In this document: positions 1-13,400 of the stretch, one piece after another
Layout: each line of letters opens with the position of its first letter
How positions within the stretch are numbered: the first letter of the stretch is position 1
NCBI GenBank assembly: GCA_012295275.1
Contig: CM022670.1
Location: 3,286,001 to 3,350,000, forward strand
Reading direction: 5' to 3'
DNA from: Chrysomallon squamiferum
Lineage: Eukaryota; Animalia; Mollusca
DNA: 64,000 nt
Made by a program: the position numbers and the translations under genes
The notes under the pieces: model-generated
The model's database searches: none
What the model was told of the DNA's origin: nothing
Seen by the model: the letters and a program-made list of their open reading frames with translations, nothing else

Positions 1-1065
1 AAGCATCAGAGACTAGCAAATACTTTTGTTGTACGTGTGTCATCTCCAGCAATGTTGTTAAAATATGAATATTTGTTAATTTATTTTATTACTAAACACA
101 AGACATATATTCCACTGTGAAATTGTCAACTAACATAACTCAGCTGTTTCCTTTCACTGATTACTCTAAAATTTATAATAACTTTACCACAGTTCACAAA
201 TTCAACAGTAACAGATATTTATTACAATATGTCCCATAGTTAAACGAATTAATAGTTACGTTATTTTATATAACAAAGATGAGAAACTGGCTAGAATGTG
301 AAATAGATAGAGGAGAGATTCGATCAGGACTGATAATGTTACCCGAAATTCTCTGAACGAGTTTTCTGTTACTGGGGAAAAAAATCTGCTCGCTTCTTGA
401 CAAAAGTGCTAAAAATATCCGTTAATGTATCAAAACACTAACCTGAGCATCTTATTATTTCAAAACTTTGTTCTCCATAGTGTTCCATTTGTAATGGTTA
501 AAAGAAAGTATTATAGTCACCTTGTAACATGTTATGCAACTAAAGCAATTGAAGTGAAATCAAAACTACTGGGTGTTATTTTTTCTCCTACATGTTGAAG
601 ATTAATGGCTTGCAGTACAGAAGCTAAAATTTTCTCTCATTTATCAGTCTTCGTGTAGATTTTCGGCTCCTTGTGACACGACAACAAGACAGGCAATGGA
701 TTACTCTGTGATGGCCTTGTCCACTGCTTTACGTATTGTTTTAAATCGTGAATCTTTGAGTCAAACGGCTACATCATGTCTTTGCTACACGAAACTTAAA
801 ATGTCAATTTGATTATTGCTTTATAACAACGTCAGCGTTCTAAACCATGGATGTTAAACCAAACAATAACGGCTTGTTGATGCCAAATGAAAGTGTATAT
901 ATATTGCTGCGACAAGTTGATGATGGCAAATTACCGTTATGGTATGATAAATGTGGCGTTTGTATACATCATGTAACAATGACAATGTTTTAACCTGTAG
1001 TGTGGATATCAAGTCAAATTATGACAGTTTAATATTGCCAAATGAAATTGAATTGCGCGCGCGCG

Positions 1066-1107
<42 letters not shown>

Positions 1108-3784
1108 TCTCACAGAGATTTCAAGTTTATCCACACAATATTTGCTATTTAATTATTATTGAAACTAAAATTAATTAAAATCAAAGAAAAAAAAAACACT
1201 TGATCTTTTCGTTACAAGCAAGAGAGTTATCAGGTAACTGTTTTTCCAAATGATTATTTACTGCTAGCGATTCCAGTAAGCACCATAAGGAGCACGTTCG
1301 TTTTCATATGCAAGTCATGTCACTTCCCGAAGACAGTTGATAAATTCCAGATATACTAGAAAAATGACAGATGGTCGAGAAAATTAAATAGCAGTTTGAT
1401 GGATCAATCATTTTCAGCTAAATTTAGTTTTCATGAAACAGACTGATACAGTTTGTTACTAAACCGAGTCTCCATTTTTGTCCTGTGACAAATTACAGGT
1501 TTGTCAGTAGTACACACGAGCAGTGTTTAACAAGACAAGTGAGATAAAGTACATTTAGAAAATATTTTTATTAACTTAAAATTCGAGATATTTGAGGCTC
1601 GTTTTTTTTATTACGATGTTTCAGCTTCGTTCACGTCCAATTGACTCTGTTTATTATTCGCTTCTAGCAGGGTTGACTTCTAAATTCATTTAACTAAAAT
1701 AATTTAATTTAAAATGCCTTCCCTTCGGCAAAAAACAATCTTAATTTTTTTTCTTCTTCTTTTTAAATATCTATAATAACAGCAGATAACTTAGATATCC
1801 GATAAATTTTCTGAGCAATCTCTGCATCTTCTTTTAACTGATCCACTAAAAACAATTTGTGTGTGTACGTGCATGTGTGCGTATGTGCGTATGGATTCCA
1901 CCTATTATACAAAAATATTTCAAAAGGATTTAAATTCCATTATGTTCATTAAAAGATCTGGGTAATTAAGTAAATTAATTTAAAACCAGTGTAACTAGAC
2001 TGCTAACTTACTAAGGTAATCTCGACCAACAGTAGTTGACAAGCAAAAATAACAGTTTCGGTTACAAAATGTATGTCTGTGTATGTACGTACTCTGTATG
2101 TTTATAGGTATGTACTAAACTTAATTACGTTAATATAATACAATTTACGTCAATACCGCCTTTCTTTGCAAAATAATGAAAACAGATCGATTTTTTTTTT
2201 TTCAAGTTTTCTTAAAAACGTAATTAAGTAATTAAATGGACTATACCATCTCCAGCAAGTAATATTTCGTAAACTGTGCCAGACAAAAACTTATTACGGT
2301 TCACAGCACGTTTGCTCCTGCACTGAAGGACACCGTTGCACGAGTTTTTCTTTGTCTGAAAGAGGGTGAAGAGGAAAACCCATCATTTTCAACAGCTTTT
2401 CGCTGACCGCTCAGACGTCGAAAAAACTCCATGAGCCAGCTTTGTAAATTGGTCGTATAGTGTTCTGCGATCAGTTACGTTTTCTTTGGTAAATTCCACA
2501 GAAGTAGAATATTAAGGAAATGACTAGTGTTAGACTAATTGAAAAGATGACTCCGAATTTCCGAGTACTTACGTCCGTTGTTTAAAAGCCAGCAGTTAAA
2601 GACATGGCCATAGTAGTAAAACAACAACAACAAAACAACAACGGCAACAACGGCAACGACAACAACAAAACAACAACAACAACAACAATAATAATAATGA
2701 ACATTAAAACAAAAAAATCAATAATTATTATTCCAATACTTTTTCCATTGATTCTGGAAGTAAAATGTCACGGACGAATTGGTTTATTTCTTACCATGTT
2801 TATTGATGATGATGAATCGCTGGCTGGTGACTGTCAATTTTACGTCAGTCCATCTACTACTAATATACTTCTTAATGATTTATCTGAGGTCCATTTACTG
2901 GTATATTCCTTTTTCAAAACCACCACCTAAAAAGTCCTTGACATTTCTGACTTCGTGGCAAACTGTGGCTAAGTCTGTGTTTCAGACGATTTGATTTATC
3001 GATGGCTACAAACAGTCAGTTTTAATTTAGTAATGTATTTTTCAATGATTTATAGCTATTTTATAGTTTTCCAGTGATTTTTACGATCTGAGAATACTGT
3101 TATTTCTGGTTAAAATACCAATAATGTCATTATTTTTGGAAACTCCTTCCTATAACAGCTTTAGTTTGTTCAAAATCCATTATTGAAAATTTTGAAGATT
3201 TATTCCGGTCACTGACTTTGCTGTAGAGTGGTAGTTTTCAGAACAAGTCAAAATTATCCATAAATTAACCGTTTTGATTACTCATATTTTTAATAAGTTC
3301 ATTATCGACTAATTGTCATTTTAAAAGATATATTCTGAACTCCAGTTTCATGTAGTATAGCGTTTCCAAGACATTCCGTTCCTGTAACAATAATTTAATT
3401 TACAAATATTTATCTTATGTCTAAAGTTTATGTTTTCGGGTGGCTTTTTCTCTTGCAGTTTTTTCAGACTCACTGATATACTGCCGACCAGTCACTACAA
3501 TTTCAGTTAATTCATGTATGTACTAATAGACCGTTTAATTATTTATTCTGAATAATTCAAAATAAACCAAAATGTCCTTGAAACTTCTACATCCGAGGAA
3601 TACTGTTTTGAAACAAAAGAAACTGATGCACGGAAAGAAGAAAAAAAAAGAAAAAAGAAAGAATGAAAGTTAAAAAATCAGTACAAATTCCTATTCGTTT
3701 TCACAAAATTGTAATTTTAATATATTCTCGTGGGATAATATTCGGAATTAGCTTTCTCTCTGAACGGTAGTCGCTAGTGGTTTA

Positions 3785-4375
3785 ACCTCACTGTGCCCGC
3801 AACCTGTAGGCATTAGTAAGTGATTATGTGATAGGGCTGAAAGCTTCATTCCCTACAGTCAGTCATTAAAGTGAACACTTCCTCTGAATCCAAGTCTGTT
3901 TTTAAATATGTTGCAGCTTACGCGGTAGTACATGTACACATCTATGTATATAAGTAACATATGATTGTTTAGCGTCAGTATACACCCGCAGACAAAATAC
4001 AAATCATACGGAACGGCAAATTCTCAGGGTGATGACAATTTGGTGTACTTTGGTTATAGTATGAATTAAAAACAAAAAACAAAAACGCCGATATAAGGGA
4101 AGTGTTCATTGGCCATGTTGTCAGAAAGATTGTCCACCTACCATCAACACGGGGGATAACGTAAACGTCGGAAATACCAGCAACTTCACTTCTTATCAGG
4201 ACAGCAAATGCTCTTCTTATCAGGACAGAACACTTCAGTGTTGGACTGTGAAATGTTATAAGCTCATTGCTGGTCTTTTCGGAAATAATCTATAATGTAA
4301 TCACCTATTGTTTCATCATTTACTATCATTGACTGCTTCAGTAATACCTAACAACAGGTTCGGGCACAGTGAGGT
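3785..4375. mobile_element. Possible old MITE bounded by ~30-bp imperfect inverted repeats
   Basis: ACCTCACTGTGCCCGCAACCTGTAGGCATTA (3785-3815) matches the reverse complement of 4342-4375 (ACCTCACTGTGCCCGAACCTGTTGTTAGGTATTA). No clear TSD was found. Confidence 0.5.
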
Positions 4376-4907
4376 GATTCCTCGCTAGCATCAATAGGTA
4401 CAAACTGATTCCCTGGCAACAGAGAATCTGTTAGCACATGACAGTCATATATAAATAAATATTTTGCTCGTACATATAAAATTAAAAGTCGGCTTGGCAG
4501 ACTTTGATTACAATAATGTTAGACATGCAAAGAATTTGTGAGTTCATTAACTAATTTCATTTCTATATTAGATCGAGTTGGAGCAATATGTCTTGTTCAA
4601 TGTGAAGATTTGTAAATCACTTTTTATTATTTATTTATTTATTTATTTATTTATTATTCGTTTATTATTTTTTATTATTAACGTATTTAATTCATTCTGT
4701 ATTTACAAATTCTTAAAACGGAGTACAGATACTAGAATTAGTTAAAGTAGATCTTTGTGTATGTGTGTGCTGCTGTTATTATTACTGTTATTATTATTAT
4801 TATTATTATTATCATTAGTGTTGTTATTATTGTTACATATTATTATTATTATTGTCATATAATTATCAGTGTTATTATTGTAATTATTATTGTTGTTGTT
4901 GTTGTTG

Positions 4908-4971
<64 letters not shown>

Positions 4972-5022
4972 TAATACTAATCCTGCTACTTTAACCAAAT
5001 CTGTTTTAATTTTTTTCCTATA

Positions 5023-5737
5023 CAGTATTCCCTCGCTATTCGCGGGGGTTACGTTCTTTACCCCGCGAATAGCGAAAAACCGCGAATATTGGATGCAGTT
5101 TTAAAACGTCAATATACGGTACTAAATGCTTCCCAAACACTTTCTAAAGACACTCTTACTCATTAATACAGTAATAATGTAGTAATATTGCATGCAGTTA
5201 TGTATTTCACTAATGTAGTAATGATAATGTAAACGCATTTTAATTTTGTACTGAAACAATATTTTAATCAGAAAGAAACGTAAGTACAGGAGGACAGTAA
5301 CACCGCATAGCATAGTTACCCATACAGTATTACTGTACCGTAAAGTCATTTTCTATGCGTACAACATATGTATTAGAATTGACAGAAAGTGGAACAAATT
5401 TAAAGGCAAACAGACAGATAAATACAGTACGCACAGTTCAGGTAATAATATGCAATTAAAAACATTATTAATACACGGTCACAAAAAATATGCACTGTAC
5501 ATACAGTGTATGCATTTATAAAAAAATACGTACTGTACATACAGTGTATGCATTTATAAAAAAATACGTACTGTATTGCAATAATAATTGAAAAAAGTTG
5601 ATATTGTTTGTGCGGTTTACCGAGCATTTGTTTTTATGACGTTATGACGCTCGCCTGGTATACCAGCATACGATGCGATAGGGTTAAGAATATGCGGGGC
5701 CGCGAATGGGGAACCGCGAACAGGTGAGGGTATACTG
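5023..5737. mobile_element. Tc1/mariner (Tigger/pogo-like) non-autonomous element, 715 bp
   Basis: TA|CAGTATTCCCTCGCTATTCGCGG at the left end and CCGCGAACAGGTGAGGGTATACTG|TA at the right: an imperfect ~23-bp TIR with TA duplication. Subterminal CCGCGAA repeats occur at both ends, with an internal ~38-bp tandem duplication at ~5493-5575. Confidence 0.8.
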
Positions 5738-6584
5738 TATTATGCTGTCTAGAAGTTTCTGTGTTTCGCAACTGCATTAGTATCAGTTATTTTTGTCTCA
5801 TTCACCCTATCGACAGACAATCTGTGTTTTCCTTGCATTTCTAGCAATCAAAAACACAGATACGTTACGTCAAAGGTTACAATTAATACATTCTGTCCAT
5901 TATTCCGTGTAAATATTAATCTTTCCTTTGTCTTAAATCCCTAAACAGACATTAATAAGATAATTGAGATGCTGGGGGTCTGCAAAAGGAAATGTTTTGA
6001 CTTTGTATGGAATAAGAAAAATGTGGCACTGTAATGATAGCGAAATAAAGTATTTAATGAAAAATAATTCTGATTTCAGTTTAACATCCAGTAACGGTTG
6101 TTGTTTTTTGGAGGGAGGGTGATATAAAAATATTCATTATTTATTCATTTATTTGTCATATTGTGCAGTAAAGGTTCTTTCACAGGGTGTTATTGTGAAT
6201 TCGTCTTGTGCAATATATATTTGTTTAATTAGCAATAGTTATGATCTATGAAAGGGGAGCAAATTTACTCAAAATAGTAAAAATCTAAATTCATTATCTC
6301 ACAGAATTAAAGTTCCCCAAAATAGCATTCCTGTAAATTTATTAATTCTTTTGCTCGTTCTTTATCAATTCATTCCGTTTTAAAATGACAAACGAATGCA
6401 ATACTGAAATAAAGTCTTTTCAGGAACTGAATTCATCTTTATCTGATCAAGACATTTTCATTCATAATTGTGTCAAATTTCCATTTCACGAAAGTCCCCA
6501 TCCATTCGAAACTATTTACCTACCAAGATAATGTATCTTTCCTGTTACAGATATAATTATTCTATGAACCAAAGTAATACAAAC

Positions 6585-6830
6585 TAGCAGTCTTGGTTGC
6601 ATTGTGTTACATGCCTCAAGACTGGTAGCTACTCGGTTCAAATCCCAGTAACTTCCTGCATTGAAATAACAGGAAAAATGAAGGATTACTAACTCTCTCT
6701 TTTAATTAACTCTCTAAACCGTTAAGATCTCTGTTAATGCTGGTGTTTGAAGTCGTGTGCCAAAGAGAGTCTGCTTGGATATTTAGTCTCTGATTGGTGT
6801 AAAGAAGTGAATAATAGAATCCGTTGCTGA
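6585..6830 (+). mobile_element. Possible degenerate tRNA-derived SINE
   Basis: B-box-like GGTTCAAATCCC near 6633, preceded by a weak A-box-like stretch and followed by ~200 bp of higher-GC body. No cloverleaf can be formed. Confidence 0.35.
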
Positions 6831-7174
6831 AATAAATTATCTTTTTCGGTCTTGTTTTTTCAGTTTCGTTGAATTATTATTATTATTATTATTATTTTAT
6901 TTTTTTATTTCTCTTTCAGTGAATCGTATGTTCTCCATCGATCCTCTGATAAAGAATGATTTAAATGATAACAGCTGAAAAAGACTCATTTTGTATACTT
7001 ACACATACGACAAACACATCATACACATAAATACATATGCAGTCATGGATGCTTACATACATACAAACATGCCAACATCCATCCATACAAATACACACAC
7101 ATTCATGCATACATTGCTACATATCTAAATCCACATACACAGACATGTATACTCACACGGACACATACGGACAC

Positions 7175-7215
<41 letters not shown>

Positions 7216-7872
7216 TTATGACATGCTAACAAGATCCGAAAACCAGTCATGTTAAAAACAAAATTAATGAAGACGATTTAAAAACACGCAGCGATGTAAT
7301 AAATAAATAAAAAAAATTACTTTTGTTTGTACATATCGATCCTTACACGGCTTAAACGTATTGATTTACATTGTGCTGCACAAAGCAGGTTTCTTTAATT
7401 AAGTGTAAAAACAAACTGCATGGAGCGTAATTAACCGACACAGGTTTCCCCAGTTTTATTCCGGTGAACACCTTTGCTCGGTTTCAAAAATCAGGCTGAT
7501 CGGAACTCGTGTTCGGACCATCCCGCGGGAATATGAGGTCGGACGTCAAGTGAAGAAGTTGACGTCTGCTCTGAGTTGTTATTGATCACCAGCGCCCTAC
7601 AGCGGCGAGGTGAGAAAACGAAAAGCATGAATTTGTGAATTCTAAAATTTTCAGATTGTACACGAAACGTGTCGTTTTTATTTATTTAATAATCTGGATA
7701 TCTGCTAGTAAGTAAAATTAATACACGACGGTTCATGGACAGAGATTTCATAATACCGTAACGTTTAAGAGAAGTTTTTGAAGTGTTTTGGGCTGTTTGT
7801 TAAAAGAGTAATTAAAATCTTATAACTGAATTATGACAGATAGAGATTCAGAGGTAATGAAAAATAAGGAAG

Positions 7873-7903
<31 letters not shown>

Positions 7904-9284
7904 TGTGTGTGTGTGTTTATAACAGTATATTCAGTTAAATACATGAGAGAAAGAAACATAAGGAGAAACAGTAGAGAGTTAGACTAAGAAAAATTTGAAA
8001 CTGTATTCTGAGATCCCTATCACTATTATTATCATCATCATCATCATTATTATTATTATTTGTACGCAAATCAGCAGATACTGGACTTCGTCAACCTCCT
8101 TGAATCATAGCTTTAGCATTTCGTTCAGCGTTGAATTTCTTCTTCTTCTTTTTTTTAAATTTTTTTGAAATAACACTTCGAATTTTTTTTTTAAATTTCT
8201 GGTTTTTCTAAACTATTGAAAGTATCCAAGTCAGTGTTAGGACTTCATTAAACCACTTGTTGGCTAATGACAAGTTATTGGTTACATTTCTAACGAATGC
8301 TACGTAATCGATGGCATGAAGTAACGCCTGCTGTTCAAGTAACCATGCCGTAATCCGCGAATGTGACATCCGTACAGCGATCAGGCAGTCTTGTTAGAGC
8401 AAACTCTCAATTAGAACAGCTAACCCTTGGGTTTATGAAACTCTTTGATTATGTGGTGCAGAGGATATTTTAAATTTTTTTTTTTTTTTGCCTATATTTT
8501 ACATAAATACCGGTTTCCTGTTGATGGACCTTAATTTTTGGCATTTTATTGCTCCGGTTTGTTAGGGCATTTGCACACACTCACGAACATACGAACATAC
8601 ACATTTATTTATTTCCAAAACAATGTCTTGGTTGTACCTCGTTTGGTACTGGACCGAGACGTGATAGACTGAATGATAGCGAAAATTTAATTATGAGATT
8701 TCTAAAATTATCGCTGGAAACCAGAGAAAATGTTTGGTATTGCTCGTTAAAGTAGTGAACCGAAGTGGGTTATTTTCCTACCCAAAATATGTTCGACAAC
8801 TGCCGATATTTTTGCACGAGTGATTTTAGAGCGACGCAAAACAGGTCGGAATGCTATCAGTTTCAAAGACAATTATAGATAGTTTCAATCACTGTCACAG
8901 CGCTATTTTATCATTTATACTGTCATTAAACCAGACAAGCATCTCACGTACCGCTATTCAATTTACTATAAAAAAAAATTAACAGTACCAGTCTATGCTG
9001 TAAAACGGAAATGTGTTTCGGTGTCGATCGTTGTACTAAACTTCAGATATTGGCGATAGCAATTCGGATTAGAACTGTTATTCTGAGTGTGTGATTTATT
9101 TTCACCTCGAAATACGTATTGACGAGGTGGTATTGATGTTGTTTAACCCCGTGACACCAACGCTCGTAGTTCAAGTCATTAGTATTTGACATTTGAAGTC
9201 TGTGGTTAGTTTTGAATTTACACTTTTCTTTAATGCATTGTTTTCCTGTTTCAAATGTGTTAGTATTTCATCTTTAAGGGTTAC

Positions 9285-9285
<1 letters not shown>

Positions 9286-9327
<42 letters not shown>

Positions 9328-9334
9328 GTTATTA

Positions 9335-9393
<59 letters not shown>

Positions 9394-9440
9394 TTTTTAT
9401 TTTTATTTTTATTTTTATTTTTATTTTTATTTATTATTAT
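9286..9440. repeat. (ATT)n / (ATTTTT)n microsatellite
   Basis: Directly visible. Similar (ATT)n tracts lie at ~4780-4970, 26420-26530, 31436-31488 and 36800-36855. Confidence 0.95.
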
Positions 9441-10274
9441 TTAATTTTTTTTTCTTGTCTCCTTTCCAGAAGACAAACATGAAGTCAAATAAGATGAAAA
9501 AACTGAAAAAGATTTATATTAACGATTGTCTGGAGGAAGAGAGGAAGAATAATAATGATGATGATCGTAATGACACCATCTAAACTTCGTATTAAATATA
9601 ATAAATTAAGATACCAGAAGACAGTTTGATGAAAAAAAGAAACAACAAGCACAAAAACGATTACAACAATAAATCAGTCTTTTCCCTGTAGTAAACTTCC
9701 AAGGCCAGTGGTCTGAACCGCTAGATATTATTTTACAAAGAGTTTTAAATCTGTTATCCAGAGACTTTGAAACCATGTAGCTTCTTTACCATGCTCTCAG
9801 TCACACCAAACTGCTCGATTTCTTAATCTTATGTAATTGTGAATTTAAAAACACGTCTTTTTAAAAGATTTGAGAGAAATATTGTCTGCCGCGAGACAAA
9901 TCCCTTCGTACAATTAAATCAGCGCGACTCTGTTGGTGATTTACACAAATAAATGTTGAGGTCCATTCAGAAACGGAAATTTAGGCTACTTGATACATGC
10001 TGTGGAAAATGTAACCTGGATGGAAAAGAAAATAAACATGTCTAATTTAATTAGTCCACTGAAATATGTAGAATAATGGAATAATCTGTATGTCTGGTTT
10101 GTAAACATTTCCAGTCTAAAACAAACATTTCAGAGTTATTATTTATTTTATTTTATTTTATTTTATTTTATTTTATTTTATTTTATTTTATCATCATTAT
10201 ATTATTACTACTATTTTCAATTTCCTGCGTCATTTATCCTTTTCATACTCGGTTATGTTGTTATTACTATTATA

Positions 10275-10520
10275 AACATCACAATTACCATGACAATCGG
10301 AATTACGTCTTCAAGACAGTCTCCATAACGTTAGCACAAATGTCACTATAATTCCATCAAGACTATTAATATCATATAACCACAACTATCACTATGACGT
10401 CATCGAAACAGTCACCGTAACGTCAACACCACTATTACCTTGACGTCATCAAGACTGTTATCATCACGTCGCCACAATTATCACCATAACGTCAAGAATG
10501 TCATTATAACGTCACTACTG
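10275..10520. repeat. Degenerate ~21-bp tandem repeat (ACTATCACCATAACGTCA-like)
   Basis: Periodic CCATAACGTCA/CTATGACGTCA/CGTAACGTCA units about every 21 nt. Confidence 0.65.
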
Positions 10521-10627
10521 CCTAAATGTGTGTTCAGTTGTTTTATACTGTTTTTCAATAAAATAAATAAATAAATAATGATTTTATAACACCACTACCC
10601 CATCTTTTAACCATTTGGGTTAGTAGA

Positions 10628-10682
<55 letters not shown>

Positions 10683-11199
10683 TTCAAAAATGAAGTAGTG
10701 GTATTCTGTATCACTATTTATTTTATTTTATTTACTTTACTTTAGTGAAGAAAAAGTAACAGTCGATAATTATATATTTCTTCTTTTTTCTTTCTGTTTT
10801 TAAATACGCACTTTCCCATTCATATTCCAGCACTCATATTTTAGTACTTGTGCCAATAATTATTCTAAAACTTCTTTAGCTTCTTTAACCTAAACACGAC
10901 TGATTATTAAAGAACATGACGACATAAAGCTCAAAGAAAGCTAACCTATTAGAAGATTGCTTCTCGGATGTACGAAGCTGTACGTCAGAAAAGTAACAGT
11001 GGTCACTTGTAAAATGAATTGGCCCAGTCAATTAGCCAATGAGAAGACGTTCAATAACAACACGAAGTGACCGCCGAGTGACCGATCGTGTCAAGGACAA
11101 TAGACAGGTGAATAAAAGCCATTCACTTTTCACCGACATTGCTTTGATGTGAGCGATTATTTTATATGCTGACTGTTAATTGTGATGGAAATCATTTCG

Positions 11200-11890
11200 A
11201 TCTTTGCAATTACCAACGCGTCTAACAAAGGATGTATCAATGTTAATGGAAAACGATGATCTTTATAATTACAGACGTGTCTAACAGACGGTTATATTTA
11301 CTTGTGGTCTGTTAGCTTTAATGGAAACAGCGGTGAATGATCTTTTATAATTACAAATGTGTCTAATAATTAGACGGTTATATTCATATGTTGTCTTTTA
11401 ACCTAAGTAAAAATTATTTTTATTTTTATAATTATGAACGTATATAATAAAAGACTATATTAATATGTGATCTATTAATTTGAATGAAAATGATTTTTAC
11501 CTTTACAGTTAAAGATGTGTCTAATAGACGGATATATTCATATGTGGTGTATTAACTTCACTGGAAATGATATTCATCTTCATAATTACGGACATGTCTA
11601 ATGAGTGGTTATATTTGTATGTGGTCTATTAATTTATTTTAAAATCAATTTGATTTTCATAATTACGGCTATACTTAGTCTTGTAGTTAAACAGACGATT
11701 TCAATTAATTTATGTTTATATTTTACTTTAATGGAAATGGTTTTGATTTTCATAATTACGTATGTGTTCAACAGATGGCTACATTTATATGTGGTCTATT
11801 AAATTTAAAGGAAAATCGTCCTGATCTTCATAATTACAGACGTTTCTGACAGACAGCTATAGTTACTCTTCGTCTGTTAACGGTAACGAA
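11200..11890. repeat. Degenerate tandem repeat, ~80-bp period, ~9 copies
   Basis: Recurring core TTCATAATTAC(A/G)GACGTGTCTAA(C/T)AGACGGTTATATT...TGTGGTCTATTAA...AATGGAAA at ~11205, 11260, 11345, 11425, 11500, 11578, 11655, 11748 and 11826. Confidence 0.85.
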
Positions 11891-12819
11891 AACGAAACTG
11901 GCTAGCTTAAGATAACTGTTTGTCTGCCACTTAAGTATACATCTAAATCGTGTAGTATTAAGAGGACATTGAACTTACTCTTCATCAAAAAGGATGTTTG
12001 CTTCACTTTTTCTTCCCATCATTTTGTTCTAATAGAAAGACCAGTTATTCACAGAGCTAATAAAATAAAACGTCACTAAACTGCAGATTACGTGTATTAC
12101 TTCATACATTATCAGTGTCCCGTTGTTTATTCTTCCGTACTCGCCTCGCGAATCCAAATCACTTTTCACCTCACTATTCACATGCTAATCCATGCGTTTT
12201 CTCACTTAATGAACTAAAATGAACGATGACAAGAAATGTATTAAAATGACGCAGATGGATACTAAACTGCATGTTTACCTCACTGTGTCTTTGCTCATTA
12301 TGTGAACTATTGACTGGTAAACGAGTCCTACACATGAACATCTGCTCACATTAGTAAATTAATCACAGACTTGAGATCATTGCAAACACAAAGTAGTAAA
12401 CTGGGAAACAGCTTTTGTTAACACTAATCAGTTTTACAAAGTGAAACTTAGTCTACAAAGTGAGATACATCGTGTTGATTAAAACATATTAGTCTTTAAT
12501 GTTTCTAATTAGACTTTTATATATTTTTTTTATTATTATTATTATTATTTTTTTTTGTTAATTTGTAGTATCACAATAAATAAATCCTGTATAGTTATAA
12601 TAATATAGCATATGTATAATCGGTATATATGTGTGTGTGTGTGTGTTTGTGTGTATGTGTGTGTATGTGTCTGTATGTGTGTGTGTGTAAATTTGTTTGT
12701 ACATGTATATCTATATATGAATGTATGTACTGGTCATGTAGAGAGAGCGAAATTTTAATAGTACCAAATTGCAGTAGCAGCAGCAACAGTCGCAGCTACA
12801 ACAGTAGTAGCATTTAAGG

Positions 12820-12826
12820 AGTAGTG

Positions 12827-12880
<54 letters not shown>

Positions 12881-13035
12881 AAAGTAGTAGTAGAACAGGT
12901 AGTGGTAATGGTAGTAGTAGTAATAATGCTGGTAATAGTAATAGTTATAGTAGCATTAGTAGTAGTAGTAGCTGCAGCAGTAGAAGTAGTAACAGTAGTA
13001 GCAGTAGCTGTAGTAGTAGTAAGAGTATAGTAATA
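12820..13035. repeat. (GTA)n-rich microsatellite
   Basis: Directly visible, with a degenerate counterpart at ~14070-14290. Confidence 0.95.
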
Positions 13036-13112
13036 ATAACACTATGAGCAGTAATAATAGTATGACAATAATAACCTTAGCAGTAGTTATGTTAGTTGTT
13101 TACTTCTTCGCA

Positions 13113-13356
13113 GGAAAGGTCATTTAATTAAACGTTCACCTGTCATTTGACAAATAATTCCAGACATAAGAGATGAGTTCGGATTGTATCGTCGTTGTTA
13201 TTAGCGTCCTTCCTTAAGGGGGCCGCTTATAGCATTAAACATGCCTGAACCGGAACTCCGTTTAAATAACAGAATATGAGAAGTATTAACGATTTCAAGA
13301 CAGGACTTCACTGTTTATAATGATGGTTTTGCTTATTGTTTGTTTTTACATGTATC

Positions 13357-13400
<44 letters not shown>

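Noticed and set aside
2240-3500. Possible further minus-strand exons (donor- and acceptor-like sites at ~2571, 2795, 3382)
   Set aside because: Frames contain stops or give no GPCR-like or otherwise recognisable peptide.
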